The notes under the pieces: generated by a model | What the model was told of the DNA's origin: nothing | Databases searched by the model: none | What the model saw: the letters and a program-made list of their open reading frames with translations, nothing else | Made by a program: the position numbers and the translations under genes | Assembly: GCA_000091165.1 (NCBI GenBank) | Contig: FP565575.1 | Location: 1,440,001-1,472,000, forward strand | Length of the DNA stretch: 32,000 bases | From: Candidatus Methylomirabilis oxygeniifera | Lineage (GTDB): Bacteria > Methylomirabilota > Methylomirabilia > Methylomirabilales > Methylomirabilaceae | Reading direction: 5' to 3' | In this document: one piece after another, positions 24,401 to 31,490 of the stretch | Layout of the letters: the number at the start of each line of letters is the position of its first letter | Numbering within the stretch: position 1 is the stretch's first letter

Positions 24401-24487
24401 ACGATAACGCAACTCGAGCACGCCCTCAGCCGAGTTGTCGCCTCGACTCGGCGAGACGCGGGGAGCGACCCATTGGGTACGGCGTGA
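21446..24487 (+). CDS. Hybrid sensor histidine kinase 1 (TM - Cache/PDC-like extracytoplasmic domain - TM - HAMP - GAF - HisKA - HATPase_c - REC)
   Basis: H-box MAAGVAHDFNNALMAVLGQAQL. N, G1 and G2 boxes: LINVLFNALDAMPHGG, DTGIGM, GTGLGL. REC: RLLVIDDEP...DLVMTDIGMAGMSGWDV...AKP. The GAF segment is homologous to the three small GAF proteins. The sensor segment (IRYLNEYGREVIRVDYDG...YFSETMKL...VSRLDLNQEHGQIEVPYRPVIRYAMPLFD) is paralogous to kinase 2. Confidence 0.9.
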   Translation: MIKRLMEGSIFRRFTFLSVLIAFVVLIPLVIFGFSAIQVASDQLLQHELDESKQEVLTNADQLKRVFDMAQADLTMLRELTIRKLRRVRAAGNEAEMARWYDAIGQAFLTVADSRRIYNQIRYLNEYGREVIRVDYDGIHPPQLIPPARLQDKRQRDYFSETMKLAPGQVYVSRLDLNQEHGQIEVPYRPVIRYAMPLFDDAGHRSGIVIVNLQMEPLLDTLYQKGKAAQREVRVVDQEGFYLLHSNPNKQWGGPHELNTGERIQRDLPDLAGRLLSQQAVARVMAEQVVAAQPLLLSTNNAGPFIVVVELMPTHVALAPITDLHLYLLILLVGTSILAIGCAALLGDKLTRPIVALQQAAHQIRHGNLNTAVETRGPREIAALSEAFNAMAGGLAQAQVRIDRHLARLHAINQIWTAAGNPLSLHEVIDHALDATLLCLGVEAAEIFLLNEERTEVVLVGHRGAAQEAFRETTHFKLQEGFPGLATFSAEVVLTTDLPNDPRFLRKQVIEAGFKTFAAIPLKVTGQVIGAMNVATRTSCTIIKDDLPILTAIGSTIGMVVANARLFEAQRDGAQQLAEKVEELDGKIDELERMQARLIEAERLRAMGQMAAGVAHDFNNALMAVLGQAQLIRLFLERGHIAAVMQNVAEYVEVLERLAWQEQAILDAANIVRKIREATRSHGEEPFALVSLNEIVEQVLETTRPRWKDQAEAKGLSVTIALQLGDVPPVLGNAAELREALINVLFNALDAMPHGGTITIATRRAPRTETGETLSTTHTPRSLFQEPPAGRTWVVLSVTDTGIGMSQDVKARLFEPFFTTKGSHGTGLGLNMVQGIVHRHEGEIHITSAEGWGTSISIHLPAAQEDRPEPSTPAPPPPLPGRLRLLVIDDEPLLGETLVDLLGLLGHEAVAVTSGEAGIARLQAERFDLVMTDIGMAGMSGWDVARAVKADWSQLPVILVSGWAGMMERDQIEGAGIDAVLAKPYTITQLEHALSRVVASTRRDAGSDPLGTA

Positions 24488-24536
24488 CAACCTGTTCGCA
24501 GCGTGTCCACATTGGAACCGCTTCAGCCCGTACGCC

Positions 24537-25403
24537 TCACGGCTGCGCAGCCTCACGGAGGCGCCGGATCGTCCGAGTCGCGTCCGCTATCAGCCGTTCC
24601 TGCAGGCTGAGGCAACCGGATAAGTGGTCTTTCGAGAATGTGCCCCTCGCAATCGTAAGCTGCATCAGTTGTGTCTGCCCCAGAACACCCATCAACGCAT
24701 TATTTAAGTCGTGCGCAACGCCGGCCGCCAACTCGCCCATCGCCCGAAGTCGCTCGGCGGCCACCAACTGATTCTGGCTGCGCCGCAGCTCTTCCAGACT
24801 CGCCTCCAGTCGCTTGGTCGTAAGCCGGAGATCCTCGTAGATGCGGGCATTGATCACCGCCATGCCCACCGCAGCCCCGATGGCGGTGACGAGTTTCGTG
24901 TCGTCCTCCGTAAAGACGCGCATCCGCCGCGTGGCGATATCGAGCACACCGATGACCTCCCCTTTAGCCCTGAGAGGGAAGGCCGCGAAGGTCTTAAAGC
25001 CGGCCGCGACCACCTTGTACCGGAGAAAGCGCGGGTCCGCCGCCAGGTCTGGGATCACGACAACCTCCCCGGTCTGCGCCACGCGCCCGGGAATCCCTTC
25101 CCCCAGCGCGAACCGGGTGCGTTCGCCGAAGGCCTCCGGTTCCAGGCCGAGCTGTCTGGTGAGGCAGACCGCTTGTGTCGCCGTATCGAGAAGCCAGATC
25201 TCTCCGGCCTCCATACCCATAACCTTTAAGGTGGCATCGAGGGTCTGATCGAGGACATCCGGAAGCGCGAGCACACCACCAATGATCCTCCCTACCGTTC
25301 CAATGGCCTCCAGATGTCTGTTGCGGCAGGCGTATTGCTTCACCTGCTCCTCTAACACGGCGTAGATTCGAGCCTGCTCGATCGCCACCCCCTCGTCCAT
25401 CAT
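24537..25403 (-). CDS. Stand-alone GAF + DHp (HisKA) protein lacking a catalytic ATPase domain
   Basis: 288 aa. GAF core: GEGIPGRVAQTGEVVVIPDLAADPRFLRYKVVAAGFKTFAAFPLRAKGEVIGVLDIA. A coiled coil follows, then an intact H-box, AAERLRAMGELAAGVAHDLNNALMGVLGQTQLMQL. The protein ends about 45 aa later with no N, G1 or G2 boxes. Confidence 0.8.
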   Translation of the reverse strand: MMDEGVAIEQARIYAVLEEQVKQYACRNRHLEAIGTVGRIIGGVLALPDVLDQTLDATLKVMGMEAGEIWLLDTATQAVCLTRQLGLEPEAFGERTRFALGEGIPGRVAQTGEVVVIPDLAADPRFLRYKVVAAGFKTFAAFPLRAKGEVIGVLDIATRRMRVFTEDDTKLVTAIGAAVGMAVINARIYEDLRLTTKRLEASLEELRRSQNQLVAAERLRAMGELAAGVAHDLNNALMGVLGQTQLMQLTIARGTFSKDHLSGCLSLQERLIADATRTIRRLREAAQP

Positions 25404-25466
25404 TGCTCACCTCCCTCCGGTCATACCAATGAAGCCTCCCCGCGGCAGGCCGCGGGCTATCGTCTT

Positions 25467-28379
25467 CTATTCCGGCTCGTCATTCCGTGCATGACAAGCC
25501 TGCCCCGTACTTGATACGGGGGAATCCAGTCGGGTCCCACCGCTCCGCCGGATGATGGCGACAGCCTCGGCGAGGGCGTCCTGAAGCTGTGCCATCGTGT
25601 ATGGTTTGGCCAGCACGAGGTCCACCCCCGTCCCCTCGAGCCGGTCAGACTCCAGCGCGTCGCCCCACCCTGTGACCAGGATGACGGGACAGGTGGGCCA
25701 GCGAGCCTTGACCGCCTTGGCGACCTCCCACCCCGACATCTCCGCCATCCCAAGGTCGGTAAGAACCAGGTCGAAGCGTTCAGTCGTAAGGCGCGTGAGC
25801 CCTTCCTTGCCGCTGGTTGCGACGGTCGCCTCGTGGCCCAGGAGGCGTAGGGACACAGAGAGGGTCTCGGCAAGGAGCGGATCGTCGTCGATGACCAGCA
25901 GTGTAAGCGGGCCGGTGAGGGGGGAGCGGCGCGGCGCGTCCGGCAGCGATACCATTTCAGTGCCCCGCTCTCCGGCAGCCTCTACCTCGGCGACCGGCAC
26001 GCGTACGGTGATGGTCGTCCCCTGTCCTTCTACGCTCCGGACGCTGATCTCGCCGCCGTGGCGCTCGATAATACCGTAAACCATGCTGAGGCCGAGCCCG
26101 GTTCCGCGTACCCCCTTCGTGGTGAAGAACGGCTCGAAGAGACGAGTCTGCACGACCTGCGACATCCCGGTTCCGGTGTCGGCTACGGCAAGCTCGACCC
26201 AACCCTGTCCTTCGCGTTCCGCCTCTCGTACTCCAAATCCCCCCGCGCCCCCCTTTTGTAAAGGGGGGGTGGGGGGATTTTGCACCTCGGACTCCGTACT
26301 GCGCGCATGGATCGTGCTGACCGTAATCGTTCCGCCATTCGGCATGGCGTCGAGCGCGTTGAAAAGTAGATTGGTGAGCGCCTCGCGCAGCTCGGCGGCG
26401 TTGCCCTGGACCGGCGGGGTATCGGCCAGCGCTGTCTGCACAGCAATGTGTACCCCTGCCGCCTCGGCCTGGTCCTTCCAGCGGGGTCGGGTAATCGCGA
26501 GGACCTGCTCGACGATCCGGTTGAGAGCCACCGGCCCGAACGCCTCCGCGCCCCTTGGGCGGGTCGCTTCCCGGATCTTCCGGATCGTCTCGGCCGCGTC
26601 GAGCGCCACCTGCTCCTGTCGCGAAAGGCGCTCCAGGAGTGTTGTGTAGACCTCTACGCTCCGCAGGTCCGCCGCAACCGACCCCTGTTCGAGAGAGAGC
26701 CGCATGAGCTGCGTCTGCCCAAGAACCCCCATCAGTGCATTATTGAAATCGTGAGCTACTCCGGCGGCCATGGTTCCCATGGTAGCCAGCTTCTCCGATT
26801 CGATGAGTTGGGCTTCGCGCTTTTTTCTTTCGGTGACATCCCGGATGATGGCGGTAAAGAATTCCGATCCATGCTGTTCAGCCACCGATAGGGAGATCTC
26901 CAGCGGAAACTCCTCGCCGCTTTTCCGAAGGCCGCTAAATTCGAGACTGCGCCCGATCACGCCGGCGTCACGGATCCGGAGGTAGCGATCGAAGCCCTGG
27001 CGGCAATCCTCTTGATAGCGATCCGGCATCAGCGAGCTGACGAACTGTCCAAGCATTTCTTGCTCGCAATAGCCGAAGATCTTCTCTGCTGCGCGATTCA
27101 CGAGGGTGATTCGACCATGGCGGTCCGCGATTACGACACCGTCCTGGGCCGTCTCGATCAGACTCCGAAACCTCTGCTCCGATTCCCTGGTCTCCTGAAG
27201 CGAGGTTACCACATTGTCCGCCATGTTATTGAACGCGTCGCCAAGCGCGGCGATCTCGGCGGACCCACCGACTTTAACCCTGGCGTCCAGATGACCCTGC
27301 TGGATCCGATGGGACGCCTGCTCCAAGGCGACGATGGGACGCGCGAATCTTCGGCCTATGACGACAGCCCCTACGACCGCAACGCTCCCCACCCCGGCCA
27401 GCAGGATCAGCAGATACCAGCGAAGGGCCGCGACAGGCGCCAGGACCATGCGTGTGGGCATTAGTTCGATAATGACTAGAGAGGGATCCGAAGCGCTTGG
27501 GCCGATGGCGAACGACTGAGCGGTAATAATCTGTTCCCCCAGGATGGCCGCGACGGGGTCCCCGGCGAGGAGCCGTCCGGCAAGGTCCGGGAAGTCCTGT
27601 TGCAGGCGCCGGCCTGTGTTCAGGTCGCGGGGACTGCCCCACCGCTTGGCCGGATCGGGGTGTAACAGGTAGAACCCCTCCCGGTCGACAACATACACGA
27701 CCTTCCCGACAGCTTTGCCCTCTTGATGCAGCGCCTCGAGAAGCGGGCCTATCAGCAGGTTGATGATCACGATCCCGCGCCGGTTGCCCTCGTCGTCAAA
27801 GAGGGGCGTCGCGTAGCGGATGACGGGGCGGTACGGGACTTCGATCCGTCCATGTTCCTGGTTGAATTCCGGCTGGGAGGTGAACAGTTGCCCCGGCCCG
27901 AGCTTCATCGTCTCCGAGAAATAGTATCGCTGCCGTTGATTCTGAAGTCGGTCGCGGGGGATGATTCGTGGCGGATTCACACCGTCGTTGTCGACCCGAA
28001 CCAACTCCTGTCCGTTTTCGTCCAGGTAGCGGATCTGGTTGTATACCGTCCGATTTGCCGAGAAGGAGAGGAAGACCTGCTCCAGCGCCTTTCGCCATTG
28101 CTCGATCCCGGTCAGGTCGAGAAGAGTTCGGGCTTGGATCAACTCCCGCATCGCAGCCACGTGACTAATGATGGGCACATCGCCTTGAGCCGACTCCACA
28201 CGATGTCGGATGTGGTGGGCATCGCTCAGCACATCCTCCTTCAATTCCCCTATGGTTTTGTGCACAAGGTGGTCCGAGACAACCCGAACAACAGCGAGAC
28301 CGAACACCGCCAGGGGCGCCAGACCAACCGCGGTCAACAACACGATCAGAACGGTAGTGAAGGTGAACCGCCTAAGCAT
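25467..28379 (-). CDS. Hybrid sensor histidine kinase 2 (TM - Cache/PDC-like domain - TM - HAMP - PAS - HisKA - HATPase_c - REC)
   Basis: 970 aa. PAS: FRSLIETAQDGVVIADRHGRITLVNRAAEKIFGY...IIRDVTERK. H-box: MAAGVAHDFNNALMGVLGQTQLMRL. HATPase: LLFNALDAMPNGG, DTGTGM, GTGLGL. REC: LLVIDDDP...DLVLTDLGMAEMSGWEV...AKP. Confidence 0.9.
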   Translation of the reverse strand: MLRRFTFTTVLIVLLTAVGLAPLAVFGLAVVRVVSDHLVHKTIGELKEDVLSDAHHIRHRVESAQGDVPIISHVAAMRELIQARTLLDLTGIEQWRKALEQVFLSFSANRTVYNQIRYLDENGQELVRVDNDGVNPPRIIPRDRLQNQRQRYYFSETMKLGPGQLFTSQPEFNQEHGRIEVPYRPVIRYATPLFDDEGNRRGIVIINLLIGPLLEALHQEGKAVGKVVYVVDREGFYLLHPDPAKRWGSPRDLNTGRRLQQDFPDLAGRLLAGDPVAAILGEQIITAQSFAIGPSASDPSLVIIELMPTRMVLAPVAALRWYLLILLAGVGSVAVVGAVVIGRRFARPIVALEQASHRIQQGHLDARVKVGGSAEIAALGDAFNNMADNVVTSLQETRESEQRFRSLIETAQDGVVIADRHGRITLVNRAAEKIFGYCEQEMLGQFVSSLMPDRYQEDCRQGFDRYLRIRDAGVIGRSLEFSGLRKSGEEFPLEISLSVAEQHGSEFFTAIIRDVTERKKREAQLIESEKLATMGTMAAGVAHDFNNALMGVLGQTQLMRLSLEQGSVAADLRSVEVYTTLLERLSRQEQVALDAAETIRKIREATRPRGAEAFGPVALNRIVEQVLAITRPRWKDQAEAAGVHIAVQTALADTPPVQGNAAELREALTNLLFNALDAMPNGGTITVSTIHARSTESEVQNPPTPPLQKGGAGGFGVREAEREGQGWVELAVADTGTGMSQVVQTRLFEPFFTTKGVRGTGLGLSMVYGIIERHGGEISVRSVEGQGTTITVRVPVAEVEAAGERGTEMVSLPDAPRRSPLTGPLTLLVIDDDPLLAETLSVSLRLLGHEATVATSGKEGLTRLTTERFDLVLTDLGMAEMSGWEVAKAVKARWPTCPVILVTGWGDALESDRLEGTGVDLVLAKPYTMAQLQDALAEAVAIIRRSGGTRLDSPVSSTGQACHARNDEPE
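26235..26280. repeat. G/C-homopolymer palindromic (REP-like) element embedded in-frame in the kinase 2 ATPase domain
   Basis: AAATCCCCCC-GCG-CCCCCCTTTTGTAAAGGGGGGG-T-GGGGGGATTT. Minus-strand translation is QNPPTPPLQKGGAGGF, a peptide type typical of translated intergenic palindromic repeats. It lies in a variable loop between the N box and G1 box. Confidence 0.5.
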
Positions 28380-28452
28380 AGGACCTCATCGTGTCGCGCT
28401 CAACCCGAACAGCGCCGTGAATCTCCCACGTCAGACTCTATTCCAGCGCCCG

Positions 28453-28962
28453 TCACAGCATCTCCCCGGCCTGCACAATGATCTGCGCAACCGCTGCCAG
28501 CCTGAGGTTGCGCGCCTGGCTCTCCCGCTGCAGTTTTCGCATCGCCTCGGCCTCAGATAGTCGCAGCCGCTCCATAAGGATCCCTTTCGCCTTCTCGACC
28601 AGCTTTCGCTCCTCGAGCGCCGTCTCCAGCTCCCGCGTCCGCTGTTCCAAATACCGGACCTTCGCCTGGAGCTGGCGCACCGTCGCCTCGGAGAAGCGCT
28701 CCGGTTGGCCGCCGGGCTCGGGGGCGGGGCCGCCCTGCGCCGGCCGGTCGACGGCGACGGCCCCCGTCTCGGCCTCCGCGGTGGGCTGCAGGTACAGCCG
28801 GACGTCGCAGCCCTCGCGCGCCGCCGTGTCCCGCGGCGCGACTACCACCTTGCCGTAGCCGAAGCGCTCCGCGGCTATCCGCCGGAGGCTCTCCCACCAC
28901 AGGTGGCAGAGGGGCGCCGTCTGTCCGCCCTCGTCGCGGCATATCGTACAGGTGAAGCGGAT
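28453..28962. repeat. Near-identical duplication, copy A (3-prime 510 nt of ANTAR paralog 2)
   Basis: By eye, 508/510 identical to 31491-32000 at offset 3038. Mismatches are at 28457 and 28495. Identity starts exactly at the stop codon and runs to the window edge. Confidence 0.9.
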
Positions 28963-29226
28963 ATGATCGGGCGCCACCCGGTACTGCATCGCGCCGCCCA
29001 GTTGCTGCGCCAGTCGGACGACGGCCTTGGCGTAGGTGTCCGGGGTGAGGGGTGACGGCGCGTCCTCGCACGGCGCCTCCGCCATACGCAGGAGGCGGGC
29101 GGCGGCGCGCAGGGCCTGCTGCCGTCCCTGCGAGTTGCCCCACTCGTCCAGCAGGCCCGCCGTGTGCCCGATGAAGTCGCGCACAAAACCGCTTGGGGCC
29201 GTCTCGCTGTGCCTGGGCTTGCTCAT
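28453..29226 (-). CDS. Receiver-less ANTAR-domain protein, paralog 2 (V4R-like N-terminal domain + coiled coil + ANTAR)
   Basis: ANTAR: EERKLVEKAKGILMERLRLSEAEAMRKLQRESQARNLRLAAVAQIIV. N-terminal: DHIRFTCTICRDEGGQTAPLCHLWWESLRRIAAERFGYGKVVV...GCDVRLYL. ATG 29226 is preceded by GGAAGGAGG. The track start 29259 abuts a terminator U-tract and is unlikely. It is followed 73 nt later by kinase 2. Confidence 0.8.
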   Translation of the reverse strand: MSKPRHSETAPSGFVRDFIGHTAGLLDEWGNSQGRQQALRAAARLLRMAEAPCEDAPSPLTPDTYAKAVVRLAQQLGGAMQYRVAPDHIRFTCTICRDEGGQTAPLCHLWWESLRRIAAERFGYGKVVVAPRDTAAREGCDVRLYLQPTAEAETGAVAVDRPAQGGPAPEPGGQPERFSEATVRQLQAKVRYLEQRTRELETALEERKLVEKAKGILMERLRLSEAEAMRKLQRESQARNLRLAAVAQIIVQAGEML

Positions 29227-29259
29227 CCGATTGCTCCGCCTCCTTCCGTCTGCGCCCAT

Positions 29260-29295
29260 AAAAAAAGCCTTTCATCGATATGCCGATGAAAGGCT
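29260..29295 (-). terminator. Intrinsic terminator-like hairpin (element A), immediately 5-prime of ANTAR paralog 2
   Basis: Minus strand: AGCCUUUCAUCG-GCAUAU-CGAUGAAAGGCU followed by UUUUUUU. The stem is a perfect 12 bp with a hexaloop. Confidence 0.6.
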
Positions 29296-29563
29296 CCCTC
29301 GCCTGTTCCCGCCCGGCCCTCGTCAGCCGGATGGGAGAATCCGCGCGTCCTGACGGCCATGCCGCCCTCAGGACGTCATCAACTTACTGACCGATCAACC
29401 GCGCGATCGGTAAACTGTTCCGCCTGGCAACAACCGTGCGTGGCGCAGCGACGGACCATCCTAGATCTATATACCGACAGATTCGGGTCTCCTCTTGAGG
29501 CCCATTCCTCCGGTCAACGAATCATCACGACGTCGGAGAAGCCGTAGGCGGCTCCGATGAGAG

Positions 29564-30256
29564 TCAGTCTGCCGTCCGTGTTCGCTCCATGGCGGTCAGT
29601 TGAGCCTGGGTCTGCTCCAGTTCGCTCAGCTTTGTCTCCAGTTGTCGAGTCGCGACCTCCAATTGCTGTGTCGCGACCCTGAGTCGCTCGTACAGGTGGG
29701 CGTTGGTCACCGCCATCCCCACCACCGCCCCGATAGCGCTCAAGAGTTGCACATCGTCCTCTGTGAGAACGCGCGTCCGACGCTCGGCGACATTGAGGCA
29801 CCCGGTAACCTCCCCCTTGCCCAGCAGGGGGAAGGCCACGAAGGTCTTAAAGCCGGCCGCGACCACGCTGTGCCGGAGAAAACGAGGCTCTTCCGCCAGA
29901 TCGGGAATGACCACAGATTCCCCGGTTTCCACCACCAGCCCGGGAATCCCTTCACCAGGACCAAACCGCTGACGCTCCCAGAAGGCCTCCGAATGCAGAC
30001 CACGATGTCTGGCCAGGCGCACCTCGCCCACAGCCGGATCGAGGAGCCAGATCTCCCCGGCCTCCATCTCTGTGACCGTCAAGGTGGCATCGAGGACCCG
30101 ATCGAGGACCTCGGTGAGGGCCAACGAGCTGCTGGCGGCTTGCCCAACCCTGCTGAGGGCCTCGAGTTGGTTCGTGCGTCGTCTGTATTGCTCGACCTGC
30201 GCCTGCAACGCGGCGTCGGATCGGGCTTGCTCCGCGGAGAACGTCTCTTCCGGCAT
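29564..30256 (-). CDS. Stand-alone GAF protein with C-terminal coiled coil, truncated just before the H-box
   Basis: 230 aa. GEGIPGLVVETGESVVIPDLAEEPRFLRHSVVAAGFKTFVAFPLLGKGEVTGCLNVA. It ends ...QAQLTAMERTRTAD, where paralogs read LVAAERLRAMGELAAGVAHD. Confidence 0.75.
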   Translation of the reverse strand: MPEETFSAEQARSDAALQAQVEQYRRRTNQLEALSRVGQAASSSLALTEVLDRVLDATLTVTEMEAGEIWLLDPAVGEVRLARHRGLHSEAFWERQRFGPGEGIPGLVVETGESVVIPDLAEEPRFLRHSVVAAGFKTFVAFPLLGKGEVTGCLNVAERRTRVLTEDDVQLLSAIGAVVGMAVTNAHLYERLRVATQQLEVATRQLETKLSELEQTQAQLTAMERTRTAD

Positions 30257-30465
30257 AACTATGCTCCACTCTCTCGACGGCGGACACCGTGGTCACAGAT
30301 CCGCCTACGTGTCAGTTCCCCTATCCTGGTTGCACAATCGGTCACTCCGACCGGTATCCCCATGGATGATCCGCCCGCGTACCGACGAACATGCAAAATC
30401 AACGCCACACTGCTTCTCTCCGATCCTCATGCTTGAGAGGCCCGACAGGTAACGGCTCGTGTGTA

Positions 30466-30510
30466 TCCGGAAACACAAAAGCCTTTCATCGAAGATCCGA
30501 TGAAAGGCTT
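30466..30510 (-). terminator. Intrinsic terminator-like hairpin (element B), same stem as element A
   Basis: Minus strand: AAGCCUUUCAUCG-GAUCUU-CGAUGAAAGGCUU followed by UUGUGUUUCC. The stem is 13 bp with a hexaloop. The 12-bp core stem is identical to 29266-29295. Confidence 0.55.
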
Positions 30511-30714
30511 CATCGCCCTCTCTCACGACACCGCCATCAGCACCGTTGGCAAGAGATCCACGCCCTGAGAGTGGTATCACCCTCAGGCCTCGATTGCCTG
30601 AGAGCCGTCAACTACGAGTGTGCACAACTCGACCGCTTTGTCACCAACCTCGCGTCGAGTTGAACGACAGTATAGATGACATCGTGCGCGACTGTCAAGT
30701 TCCCGTCGCGCCGC

Positions 30715-31461
30715 CTAATTCACATTATAAGAGCTGAGCATCTGCAGCGCCCTTAACGCGTTGTGGCAGTCGCGGGCGATGCCGGTCTCCGGCTCGTCCG
30801 TCGCCCGCAGTCGCGCTGTGGCGACTAACTGATTCTGGGTGCACTGCACCTGTTCAATCTTTGCCGTAAGCTGCTCGATAGAACGCCTGAGTTCCTCGTA
30901 CAGGCAGGCGTCCGCCGCAACCATTCCCACGGCTGCTCCGATCGTGATCAGGAGGCGTAGATCTGCCTCTGTGAACGAGCGCGCCCGACACGCGGCGATA
31001 TCGAGGGAACCGATGACCTCCCCTTTGGCCCGCAGCGGGACGGCCACGAAGGTCTTGAAGCCGGCCGTGACCACGCTGCGCCGGAGAAAGCGAGGCTCTT
31101 CCGCCAGATCGGTAATGACCACGGGCTCCCCGGTCTCCACCACCAGCCCGGGAATCCCTTCACCGACGGCAAACCGCGTGCGTTCCAGGAAGGCCTCCTC
31201 GATAAGGCCGTAATGCCGCTCGACGCACACCTCTCCTCGGATCCTATCGAGCAGACAGATCTCCCCGGCCTCCATCTCCAGAATCGTCACGGTCACGTCG
31301 AGGATCCGCTCGAGAATTTGATGGATCGGCAGCGAACCGGTGATGATCTGGCCGACAATGCGAAGAGCCTCCAGGTGTCTGGTGTGGTAGAGGTGCTGTC
31401 TTACCATGGTCTCTACGTCAGCATACAACTTAGTCCCCTTCACCGTCGCCCCCTCCTCCAT
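30715..31461 (-). CDS. Stand-alone GAF protein with a degenerate, His-less DHp remnant
   Basis: GEGIPGLVVETGEPVVITDLAEEPRFLRRSVVTAGFKTFVAVPLRAKGEVIGSLDIA. The C-terminus LVATARLRATDEPETGIARDCHNALRAL aligns to the H-box with His replaced by Arg. ATG 31461 follows GGAAGGAGG, and its N-terminus MEEGATV.. matches the paralog N-termini MMDEGVA.. and MPEETFS... Confidence 0.75.
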   Translation of the reverse strand: MEEGATVKGTKLYADVETMVRQHLYHTRHLEALRIVGQIITGSLPIHQILERILDVTVTILEMEAGEICLLDRIRGEVCVERHYGLIEEAFLERTRFAVGEGIPGLVVETGEPVVITDLAEEPRFLRRSVVTAGFKTFVAVPLRAKGEVIGSLDIAACRARSFTEADLRLLITIGAAVGMVAADACLYEELRRSIEQLTAKIEQVQCTQNQLVATARLRATDEPETGIARDCHNALRALQMLSSYNVN

Positions 31462-31490
31462 CACGGCCCGCCTCCTTCCGGGGTATCCAT

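Noticed and set aside
22790-24556. 588-aa minus-strand ORF, plus several ORFs of 80-180 aa, inside kinase 1
   Set aside because: They are antisense to a kinase gene with all of the H, N, G1, G2 and REC motifs. They are extremely Arg/Gly/Pro-rich shadow ORFs.
27723-28481. 252-aa + strand ORF inside kinase 2, and similar + strand ORFs at 24711..25248, 25597..26649, 28478..29055, 29600..30436 and 31213..31896
   Set aside because: All are antisense to minus-strand genes with clear domain motifs. None has recognisable motifs. The near-identical pair 28478.. and 31213.. only reflects the ANTAR gene duplication.
29227-29259. Track start codon ATG 29259 for ANTAR paralog 2, and likewise GTG 31494 for the GAF gene and TTG/GTG starts at 4632, 7443, 10757 and 10106
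   Set aside because: In each case an internal ATG preceded by a good Shine-Dalgarno sequence fits paralog N-termini or family boundaries better. ATG 29259 directly abuts the terminator U-tract.
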